From Epiperipatus broadwayi (lineage: Eukaryota; Animalia; Onychophora): a stretch of 64,000 nucleotides of DNA. Shown here one piece after another: positions 54,021 through 64,000 of the stretch. The notes below the pieces were generated by a model. The model worked only from the letters and a program-made list of their open reading frames with translations. It was not told where the DNA came from and ran no database searches. The translations under genes and the position numbers were made by a program. Position 1 is the first letter of the stretch; each line of letters starts with the position of its first letter. The stretch is taken from assembly GCA_028023455.1 (NCBI GenBank), contig JAQFVV010000001.1, positions 4,898,001-4,962,000 of the forward strand, written 5' to 3'.

Positions 54021-56839
54021 TGTAACAGTCATATTTTTGTACATTCATGTAACAAAATCCAGAGTTCAGACAAAATACACCAAAGCTGATCTAGATGAGA
54101 TGGTGAGACCTTGAATCTGACCAAACTTCAACTAATTTATCAGCACTCTATGATTCAACACCCTGTGAATGACATTTATGAGGTTACATTTGGTTGTAAT
54201 TCTTCAGTGAGCTGACTGACCAAAGGGAAAACATGAGACTCAGGAAAAGTTAACAATTTATATATAATTAAGAGCTAATAGCCTGCTTAACACTCTAAGA
54301 CTTAACTAAAAGAATGCATATTATACATATTAATAATAAAAAATTTGTAGTTGGATTGTAAGTAAAAGATGTGAAACAAGTTATAATTTTAAATAGGTTT
54401 ATTAAATAAATGATTAAAGAAAATAATTCAACAAAAGAACATTAATTACTTAGGTTAAGATACATATATAATTAACACACACAGGTGCTATAGAAATGAA
54501 TTTAATACAATGGTCTCATCTTGTGAATAATTGGTCCCAGTGTTTTAATATACCAAGCTATTCTTTGGTTTTCTAATGTTACAAGCTAGGACTTTAGCTA
54601 GGATGATCATTAAATACAGCATTAAATTGATTTTTCTAATTACATTACAAATGAGCAATTTAATAAGCTCAACATATAGACCCATCATGGTAACTTAGAT
54701 TACAGGTTCAGACTAATGCTGAAGCATTATTAATCAGTAGAAGAAGAATTGGTTACCTTTAGGTTTGCATCTGGAGACTATAGCGCTAATAAAATACTAA
54801 ATAAGGTCATGGTACAAGTGTGTAATTGTTCACGAGCTTTAGTACCAAATACTCGGTGCCCTAACACCAAGCAGTTTGCTACAGTTATAAAGAACATTTC
54901 AATTCAGCTACTCAAGTGTCCTGGCCTTAAACTCAGTAACATGCTTGGTGTTCTAACGCGAACGGAAGTAAATGGGAGCAACCTCCACTGCTAGCCCATT
55001 AAGACATAGCAAGACATTAGTACACCAATGGGTACTTAGTAAGAACACATAGTAATACAAACATGCATATATAGAATTAATTAATTAATGCACATAAACA
55101 GATAGTTTCTATCTGCTACAACTAACTCAATCCAATTCTTAGGTAAAGGGTTAACTAAATCATTAATCTAGTTAATACATTGAGTCTGTATTCATATATA
55201 TATATATTAAATTAGGAGGAGAAAGTATATTTAATGGCCTTAACAACATTTAAAAATATACTTTTAGTATCATTCTTAGCTAACATCTTACTTCTAACTA
55301 ATAGATCACATCATAAGTTTAATAACTTGTCACGCAAACCTTAAAAAGTATAATATCAAAAACATACTGATAACAATGAGCGCATAGCAATCGGTTATCT
55401 ATTAGAATAGGATTTTGAAGCAGCAATTTATTTATGCTAAGCAGCATTGTTAAATTACACTGGAGAGCTTATAATGATCTCTCCTTAAAAGTTTATTAAA
55501 ATAATTATTCATTGCCTCAAAATATTGTCATAGTATAACATATGTATTAAATAAATGAAATGATTTAAAATAATAGTTGTAGGCATGACTGCAGTTTATA
55601 GAGAATTTAAAATAATAACTAAGTACAATTATTATAAGTTAAAAGATGAATTTACATTAGTTAAGATTCAGGCAAGTTTTACAGTTTTAATTTTAGAAGA
55701 TTTAATTTAAAAGAAATTAATAATTAGATTGAACATTTAGTAGATTTACAGTAGCTTAATATTTAATTTTACAGTTTAAAGATTAATTTAATAGCTCTAC
55801 GGTTTGAAGAAATATTATCAATCTTTTTCTGCACCTTGGATATCAGGCACTTGGAAGTAGGCATAGTGTCATTATTTTCTGGATAGGTTGCTTGTTGGTA
55901 TTGACTTCTCTCAACAGCAAGCAGTGTCTGGAACTCGCCATCCCAATGATGATGATCATTCTCTTTTGCAGCATATAGCATGGAGTTGGAGATGTCCATT
56001 CCCCATAGGAAGAAACTGCAAATCCACCACCCTCTTACTTGCTCATTATAAAATCTAAACAGGGGTGGGTTTGGATAGCAACACACAGATAAATTTAAGA
56101 AGTATATTGTGTCAAAATATAGGCTATTTATACTAATTTTCCAATCCTATATTAACGCCTGTTTACAATTTTAATTTTAAATTTGTGAAATTGACTCAAG
56201 TAGTGTTTAATATTTTAAGCCAGATAAATTTAGCTTGATTTAACCACTCGATTCCCAAAGGGATCTAAAATAGTGCTGCTTCAGTGGTTTTGTTATTGAC
56301 TAAATTTCTGTTTTGAAAATATTATTGCAAAAATATAAATTTAGAAACTCAGCCTATGCACTATTCTATAACCTGGTGTGTCACATGATTTTTGTTGACA
56401 ATGTTTTAATTTAGCTTTAGCAAATTTAGAAAATCTTTTAAACAACATTTTGTTATTTATGTATGCTGATACTAGGTGAATTTTATACATATATACGATT
56501 CTCAATGAAACTAATGGACTGGCTTTTTAAAACAATAAATCTATAATTTAAAAAAAGAACTACATTTTACATACAGATATGCTATAATATACATAAACAG
56601 ATAATATATCACAGTCTGTTCTCACTTATATCTGGATGCTGACATATATATATATATATAACAATGTTTATGTTGATACACGTGTACTCAAGGGATTTTA
56701 AAGTTAGCACAGATTGAATTATGGGGCAAAACAAGTGAAACGTAAAGTCTAAGAATATATTCAAGAGTTTTAAAGTTAGCACAGATATAGTTATGGGGTA
56801 AAATAGGTGAAATGTATAGTCTAAGAATATACTGTTTCA
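54021..56839. mobile_element. 2819-bp insertion with TG...CA ends and a 4-bp ATAT target duplication (Ginger-like DNA element or large solo LTR)
   Basis: aagATAT|TGTAACAGTCATATT... and ...AATATACTGTTTCA|ATATattgac, with an imperfect TIR of about 17 bp. Removing it rejoins the RTE sequence (ERY-IDK...SFVDFEKAF). Confidence 0.75.
56689..56833. repeat. Diverged 73-bp tandem duplication at the right end of the TG..CA insertion
   Basis: caagggattttaaagttagcacaga...gtctaagaatata (56689) and caagagttttaaagttagcacaga...gtctaagaatata (56762). Confidence 0.85.
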
Positions 56840-57940
56840 ATATATTGACAAGATAAAGGAATTGGTATATCATTTGTGGATTTTGAAAAAGCATTTGTTA
56901 GAATAATCTGGAATAAACTTATGACCCATCTTAAAAAATAAAGAAGCATTTTGGAAGGAGAGAAGATTGATTTGGAATATGTATACTGGATAAAAAAGTC
57001 AGAATTACACTGGAGAATAATCATACTAATGAAATGAATATGGAACAAAGAATTAGGCAAGAATGCAATATGTCTCCTGTTTTTTTTAATACTTATTTAG
57101 AAGGCATATTAAATAAATATTTAGTTTGTGAAGGAGAAAAAGTTGGAGATAGAATAATAAAATGTATAAGATTTGCAGATGATATACCTCAGCTATAGCT
57201 GAGGATGAAAAGTGTCTTCAGAATTTGTTGAATAAATTGGAAGAAGAATATATGGAATGAAGATTAATGTTGAGAAGACCAAGTGTTTATAGATAGGTAG
57301 GAATACAAAAAGGTTGCAAGTTGAAATCCATGATAATATAATTCAACAGGTAAATGGATTTAGATATTTGGATAGTTGGTTGAGGTGGAAGAGGTGAAGA
57401 TTAAATTAAAAGAAAAATAGCATTGGAAAAGATGACGTTTATTAAGAGAAAGGAAATATTTTGTGGATCTTTTAAGTGAGAATTAAGGAAAATAGTAATA
57501 AAATGCTATGCGTGGAGTATGGTTGTGAAACATGGACAATGAGTAATAAAAATAGAAACAGATTGGAAGACTTTGAGATGTGATCATGGAGAAGAATAGA
57601 AAAAATCAGATGGCTACACAAAACGGACAATTGAAAGTTTGAAAGGAGTGAATGAAAAAAGATTGAGGAAATTAGAAAAAGATAGAGAAACTGGATTGGA
57701 TATTTATTAAGAAGAAAGAATAATTTAATGAAAAAGATTTTGAAGGGAATTGTAAGTGAAAACAAAAAGTAGGATGGAAAATATTAACTTTGTTGGATGA
57801 TATAAGAGATGGGAAGAGATATGTGGAATTGAAGAATTGGCCAATGAAGAGAATGGAGTGGAGAAATGGATGAATTTATAATGACTGCTCTCTGGACCTG
57901 TTCATAGGACAGATTATTATTGATTGATTGATTTATTATA
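56840..57940 (+). mobile_element. RTE LINE, 3' segment (RT core to tail)
   Basis: SFVDFEKAF (about 56867), RQECNMSPVFFNTYLE (about 57056), IRFADDI (about 57166) and an (attg)n-type tail near 57920. Confidence 0.9.
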
Positions 57941-58013
57941 TTGATTCAGATGAGGACAAATCCAGTTTTTTGTAATTTAAAACTGGAAAGTTTGTGAGAA
58001 TTGCTAAGATAAC

Positions 58014-59000
58014 ATGAATGCAAATAAAACATTCATCAAGAAAATTGAGCAATATTGCTCAAAATTACTATGTAAAGGACAAACTGTTTCCATCAGCATG
58101 AGAAACATGCAGGAAAACAAAAAATTAAATGGAATGTCACTACATTCCATCACTTCAATTAACTATCAGAAATCACACACTGATATATATTCTAGTCCAA
58201 AAGTATGGCCATGACCAGATCACTGAATCCATAATTCCTACCGACACCCCACCCCCCAAAAAATTAAGCTGGCTTGATCATCTAATCCTGTCAACAATGC
58301 AACAAAATACAAATGCCCATAACAACTATCAAAGCAAGATCAAGCTATGGGATGCCCAACGCATCCTAAAACAAAATAATCAAATCTCTACTACAAAATT
58401 AGGAATAACTAATCACAAGCTGATTACCCTATTCAAGTATTGGGCTCTAGAACCAAAATACTTAGATTACTTACTTAAAATTAATCTGGATGCCATGTCG
58501 GTCAACTGGTTCCTCAGATATAAAAGATCTATCACCAAAGTCCAATCAATTTGCCACAGCTGTGGCAGGGATGAGGAAACATTTGACCACATAATTAAAA
58601 CATGCATGGGTCTAGGTAATATTAAAACAATATTTAACAATTCAAAGATAGACTATTACAAAATACTTAATATAAAAGAATGCATTCGTGGAAGAGATAT
58701 TCCTACAATCAGGCTGTCAATTTTCATCACCTATGCCATTTGGATTGTAAGGTGCAAGGCACAATACCAACATCCCAAGCCAGATGAAAACTCATTATTT
58801 ATTCAGAGCATAGAGAAAATTAAACAAAGAGACAAAACTCTTGCCACAACATTCATTTTTCAAGAGACATGGAAGCTATATCAGACTCTCTAATAAAGTT
58901 AACAAAGAACTTAACCACTAAATACCTAACCCTGTTTAACTCAATAATGTTAGTTTCATAACTCATCTAATATTATAATTGTTCATTATCCATATTTGTA
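58014..59000 (+). mobile_element. 5'-truncated L1/Tx1-type LINE, ORF2 C-terminus with a zf-RVT zinc finger
   Basis: ORF 58129-58893 contains CHSCGRDEETFDHIIKTC (CX2CX8HX4C) followed by YAIWIVRC, typical of L1/Tx1 ORF2 ends. It is preceded by a frameshifted FIKKIEQYCSKLLCKG segment (ORF 58014-58214). Confidence 0.8.
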
Positions 59001-59284
59001 ATATATCATCCATATTAATTAGTTTAATAAATGTTTTGAGAATTTTAAATATAACAATATATTAAATTTAAAGTACTTAACATTTTTTAGAGTATATGCT
59101 CCATTTGACTTTAAAAATATTTCTGTTGTCACAATTCATAAAATAAAGGGAATAGAAAATATTATTGGTGAATATTTATTGAAATTCATTACAACAAAAA
59201 GATTTGCTTGAACAGATTGCTTCAAATCATTGATAAATGATTATAAGAAATTCAGTGTTGTGTTAGACAATCAAAAAGCACTTT

Positions 59285-59373
59285 TTTTTCATGTGTCAAA
59301 GCATAAGCCGGGAAGTGAACCCACGAACCTGGGACAACTGCTTGTAAGGCAGCTGTGCTGACTGCTTGGTCAC
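59285..59373 (-). mobile_element. tRNA-Gly-derived SINE (family A) with a 13-bp TSD
   Basis: Minus strand reads ...gtcagcacagctgccttacaagcag...gggttcacttcccgg...tttgacacatg(A)n. TSD caaaaagcacttt at 59272-59284 and 59374-59386. Confidence 0.85.
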
Positions 59374-59689
59374 CAAAAAGCACTTTCAATATGGATTTTT
59401 GGTTTTAGGCAAATGCAGGAAAATACTATGAGCAAAGGTAGAAACTTTTATATTTCTTTTTATCAATTGGGTCAAATTATTTGATTCAGTTAATTTAAAA
59501 CATTTATAGCAAATAGTTATTCATGAAAACTTATTCATATTTTCCTGCTGCTATAGAATGGTATGAGAGAAATATTTATTGGTAGTGATGGAAAGTCTGT
59601 ACATTTAAAATGGAAACTGATGTTAAATAAGGATGAACATTAAATTCAACTCTACATTTTTATGATAATGATATCTGGAATATTTAATT

Positions 59690-59930
59690 AAAAAACTGAA
59701 GTGGAGTTGAGCTGGATATATTGCTAGAAGAGATGATAATAGATGGACAGTTGAAATCTTAAACTGGATTCCAAGAGATTGTAAAAGACCTACAAAGAGA
59801 CCACATGTGAGCTGGATGGATGAAATAAGGAAGTATGGTGGGCTGATGTGGAGAAGAGAGGCTAGAAATAAAAGAAGATGGATTGAACTTGGAGAGACTT
59901 TCATCATGCAGTGGATTGATAATGGCTGAA
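59690..59930 (+). mobile_element. RTE LINE 3'-terminal fragment
   Basis: KLKWS*AGYIARRDDNRWTVEILNWIPRDCKRPTKRPHVSWMDEIRKYGGLMWRREARNKRRWIELGETFIMQW, the classic RTE ORF C-terminus. Confidence 0.85.
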
Positions 59931-60443
59931 AATGTTGATGATATTTGGAAGAATTTTTAGATAATTAATAATCAAGATGCATTATAAATTTAATGGCAGA
60001 TTTTTTTTTTTTTTTAAAGAAAAAAATGAGAATGTTATCTTTTTGGTTTCCAGATTTACAATATATAAGTGATCATGCTATTCTTTCCAGTTTGAAAATT
60101 GATGTATAGATTGTTCTTAATGTTTTGAAAGCAATCTACAAAGAATTTAATTTAGTAATTAATGCTCCAAAATCTCAAGTTTTTAATTCAATAATTTTGG
60201 ACTTAAAACTATTCATCAATTAAAGAGCTTGGTGGCTTTCTAAGCAGAAAGACAGAAGTTAAAATGTAATATTGGCTTCAAAATGCTTATTTTATCAATT
60301 ACTTCCAACTAAATTGAATTACATAAGATAGCTATTTTAACAAATTTACTATATGAAAATGAACAATAGACTTGTATATCAAGACAATATAAAGTCACTG
60401 AATATTTTTTTATTTAATGTAAAAATATAATGGAAGATCTTAA

Positions 60444-60759
60444 GACCAATTTTATATTCTTCAATTTGCTGGATGTGATGGTATTGAATAGATACATGAA
60501 TTATATAGTGATTTTGAGATCTGTAGAAAAAAAAGGATACAGGAATAACTAAAAGATTAAAGAAATAGCATTTGATTTATCTGGTCATATTTGTGATTCA
60601 TGGCTTGGCTTATAGACCAATCTTATATTCTTTAGATTGTTGGATATGATGATATTGAATATATAAATGCATTATATAATGGTACAGGAATACCTACAAG
60701 ACTAAAGGAGTAGCATTTGATTTATTTTGCCATATTTGTGGTTCATGGCCTGGTTTATA
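60444..60759. repeat. Diverged tandem duplication (units about 171 and 145 bp)
   Basis: gaccaat(t/c)ttatattct...tagcatttgatttat...catatttgtg(a/g)ttcatggc(t/c)tgg starts at 60444 and again at 60615. Confidence 0.8.
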
Positions 60760-60910
60760 TAATCTTCAACATTTTATTTATTTATTTTGTACCTATTTGT
60801 CTTTGTTATTTTTATTTTCTGGAGTTGGATGAGTATATTATTTAATGACTTACTGTTAATGAAAGAATAATCAAGGGGAAAATATGCCCCACATAAAATT
60901 ATTTCAATTA

Positions 60911-61004
60911 GCGATGGTGGCCTAGCGGTCAGCATAGCTGCCTTCCAAGCAGCTGGCCCGAGTTCGCTTCCCGGTCAACGCATTTGACATATGAAAAAAA
61001 AAAG
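60911..61004 (+). mobile_element. tRNA-Gly(TCC)-derived SINE / retro-copy (family A); 72-nt tRNA-like body at 60911-60982
   Basis: GCGATGGTGGCCTAGCGGTCAGCATAGCTGCCTTCCAAGCAGCTGGCCCGAGTTCGCTTCCCGGTCAACGCA closely follows metazoan tRNA-Gly-TCC but has mismatches in the acceptor stem (A4:A69) and T-stem, and C at position 58. It is followed by tttgacatatg and poly-A. A 15-bp TSD, aaaattatttcaatt, lies at 60895-60909 and 61005-61019. Confidence 0.9.
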
Positions 61005-61270
61005 AAAATTATTTCAATTTTTGTATTTCAGGAGTAATTTTTAAATATAAAGTCATTATTATTATTTTTTAAAAATATTTTGGCAAAAATGATAGCAAAA
61101 ACAATGTTTTATACCGAACTGTCATAGTGACATCTATTTTCACCACATACCATTTTGGATAGGTAATAAATAAAGTGATTGCAATCAATGCATACAAACT
61201 GCAATTGCTAATTAATTTGTTGAATAAAGGCATAGATTTTTTTGTCCATTTTTTAAAATATGTTGTGCAA

Positions 61271-61352
61271 ACGTTGGTAGCCGAAAGGTCAGCGCATACA
61301 ATTGTTGCGGGTTCGCTTCCTGGCCGATGCTTTGACATATGGAAGGAAAAAA
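61271..61352 (+). mobile_element. Internally deleted family-A SINE copy
   Basis: acgttggtagccgaaaggtcagc...gggttcgcttcctggccgatgc-tttgacatatg followed by an A-rich tail. The anticodon arm is largely missing and no TSD is evident. Confidence 0.75.
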
Positions 61353-61679
61353 CAAAACAGTCATTTTATTTATTTTTAATTAAATCAAAAATGACTTTTA
61401 ATTCAAAAAGCTTTATTACAAACATTTATTTTTAAAATTGATTTTTTTTTGACTCTTGGAACTTTTTCTTTTTAATGCAATATCAGCTTCTTAACCCCCC
61501 CCCCCCAAGGTTTGATTAATGATCTAATAAATAAACATTGGCTGTCATTCAAATTAACCATTTCTAAATCTTTTTGTATCGATATTCTTTGCCAGAATTT
61601 CCATTAGTTTCTTATCTTTTTCTAAATAAAAATAAACAATTTGCGTAAAAAACTTCCGTCATTTTAAGTTATGAACCCC

Positions 61680-61810
61680 ATGGTTTGGTGCAGTAATAGA
61701 TTAGCAGATTGAAGCTCAAAGTCCATGGATTGTGACCCAGCACTATTACTTCCAGTGCTTGAAAATTTGATGAATACCCTAAGAATAAAACATTTGATTT
61801 TTTTATTTAA
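61680..61810 (+). mobile_element. tRNA-derived SINE (family B)
   Basis: atggtttggtgcagtaatag...gtccatggattgtgacccagc...atgaataccctaagaataaaa aligns with 49503-49614 on the minus strand. Confidence 0.5.
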
Positions 61811-63692
61811 TATTATCATTGTTTAGTCTGTATATTGCAAATAATATTTAGGTGCTACTCAGCTGTTATGTATTCTGTACTTTTTTATTATTATACAATT
61901 GAGGTCTCATTACTAATTAATCACTTCTACTGAGCTGCCAAAATCGTGTAAAGGATGGTGAGGTGTGGTGCCATCATTATCATTAAATAAATATAGTAAA
62001 TGAGTATCAGAGCTAGGTGATAAACTTAGCATTTCTAGCAACTATCATCAGTATTCAAGAGTCAGCCTTTGTGATTGGATTTAAAAGAGGTATAATGTAA
62101 AATGTTAGGTTAATCATATTTTAGATAAATGCCAAACGTAGGTCATGCTTTTATAAAAGCAATCAATATTTCAACTGCACACACATACTTAAGTGCTAAA
62201 ATAACTGTAATAATAAACATATTCGAAAATACTGAGATCATTATCATATCAATACTGATCATCATCAATTAATCAGGATCATCAGATGTTATAAGTGAAA
62301 CTGGCCATTAATAAAAATAACAATCATAATAAAACCTATAACACAAAGTAATTGGTCTTTAAATTGACTTTTAACATCATCTAAATAATTGTAAAAATAA
62401 TTATATCGACATACAAGTACACACATTTCACCTACTGTTAGTATGAATAAACTTTAAGATTGTCAATGACTTTATCATTGTGAACAAGAGAAAATATACT
62501 TTAAAGTTTAAACTATGTTAGCATTAAATAACTTCACTGTATAACTAAAAAAATAAAAGGTCTGATAAATACTTTATAAATAAATTGTTCTGAGTTTGAC
62601 TATTTACAAATATCAGAAAATTGTTCCATAGATTAAAAAAAACCAGTAATAAATGATTTAACATGATTTAAATTATAGTTTACAAATATACAAATTGTAA
62701 GAACTATTAAATAAACTTATCTATATGCAGACACATGCACAAATATTTTAATCATTAATAAACTAATAAATATTCTATTTTAACTAAATATAAATAATTA
62801 AATGTTAAATTTATAAAAGCATACATATGTGCATATTCTAGTATAAAAATAATATTTCAGTTATTAATTGTAGTATCTTTACACTACAAAAGAGTTGATA
62901 TTTTATCCCTAAGCTCTTTTAAAATTGTAAACAAAAGTTTTTAGGTTAAAGAAATCTTAATTTTTTTGAAAGTCCAAATTTATTTTCTCTTTAACTTTCT
63001 TTTCTCTACTGTCTATCAGTTAATTTTTTATTCTCTACTGTCCATCATTTAATTTTTTACTCACCTGTTAGTTTCTGAAAGTTTTGTCTTTTTTTAAAAA
63101 AAAAAAAATGAAGTGGAGTAAGTCCAGTGAAATAGATTTTTTGTTAGTAGTATAATTAGTGTTAGAAATAGTATATCAGTGTATATTTTACTTACTAGCT
63201 AATCCTTCATAAGTTTAAAAAAAATAGATCTCGTATGGGGACCATATATATATATGACTGACACATTTCCTTGCATTTATAAAGTAATGTATATGAATAA
63301 AGTATAGTACTGAATCTCTAGATTAGTAGACTGGTTTTTATTTAAATTGCCAGTATATCATATCTTGGTGAACAGATATAAATGCAGATAGTCTTCAACT
63401 ATGTTCAGTTTTAATAATTTTTGAACTTCACCAGTGGTACAAGGGAATTTAGTACAAATGTACTAGCTTTGAAATATCACAGAGAAGCTGTTTTACTTTT
63501 TCAGGAGTTCAATCATTGACAATATGTAAACTAGCATCTGGTTTTTTTTACAAAGCTAGGTTTGTAATTACTCTCCAATCTGACAAAAATCAGTTAATCT
63601 GAACTCACTATTTATAATGATACAAAGGAATTTAAAAGTAGGACAATTTTACTTAATCATCCTGTTTTTAAATTTTTTTGTTTTACTTTTTT

Positions 63693-63802
63693 TTTTTCTT
63701 CATACGTCATAGCATCGACCGGGAGGCGAACCCACAACCGTCTGCAACCAACTATTTGCTTGCAAGGCGACTGCGATGACCTCTCGGCTAACAACGCTTG
63801 AC
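63693..63802 (-). mobile_element. tRNA-Gly-derived SINE (family A) with a 15-bp TSD
   Basis: Minus strand reads gcgttgttagccgagaggtcatcgcagtcgccttgcaagc...gggttcgcctcccggtcgatgctatgacgtatg(A)n. TSD ttgttttactttttt at 63678-63692 and 63803-63817. Confidence 0.85.
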
Positions 63803-64000
63803 TTGTTTTACTTTTTTGAGTAATAAAAACAATATAACAACTAAATTACTATTGTTCTATTTTTAAAAAAACATATGCTTATCAAAATCAAAAATAAGTT
63901 TAAAAATTTATTAATCTTTTAAAAAAATCTTAATCATTTAATAACTGAAACACACAGGCTTATTATATACCTGTGTTTATATATGTAATATATAGGTATA

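Noticed and set aside
60911-60982. Functional tRNA-Gly(TCC) gene
   Set aside because: It has acceptor- and T-stem mismatches and C58, and its shared SINE trailer, poly-A tail and 15-bp TSD indicate a retroposed copy.

Overview
Very AT-rich, CpG-depleted animal nuclear DNA. It looks invertebrate or arthropod-like, but that is only an impression from composition and promoter motifs. I found no complete protein-coding gene that I can name. Most identifiable content is decayed transposons: several RTE-type LINE fragments, an L1/Tx1-type 3' fragment with a long open frame, a CR1/L2-like relic, a hAT (Buster/Charlie) transposase relic and a 2.7-kb hAT deletion derivative. There is also a Gypsy element in permuted order (IN tail, PPT, LTR, PBS, gag, pro), a 2.8-kb TG..CA insertion with an ATAT target duplication splitting an RTE, two tRNA-derived SINE families and two hairpin elements, one containing a hammerhead-ribozyme-like core. 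A CpG-rich island at about 11.4-13.3 kb holds a TATA/Inr promoter on the + strand and a first exon dense in uORFs. Scattered candidate small exons downstream suggest one long-intron transcription unit of unknown product, and there are also antisense splice signals in the island. The most interesting observations are the tRNA-Gly SINE family that shares loss of A58 and varies at the middle anticodon base, the permuted single-LTR Gypsy element, the hammerhead-like hairpin element and the uORF-rich leader. All alignments were done by eye.
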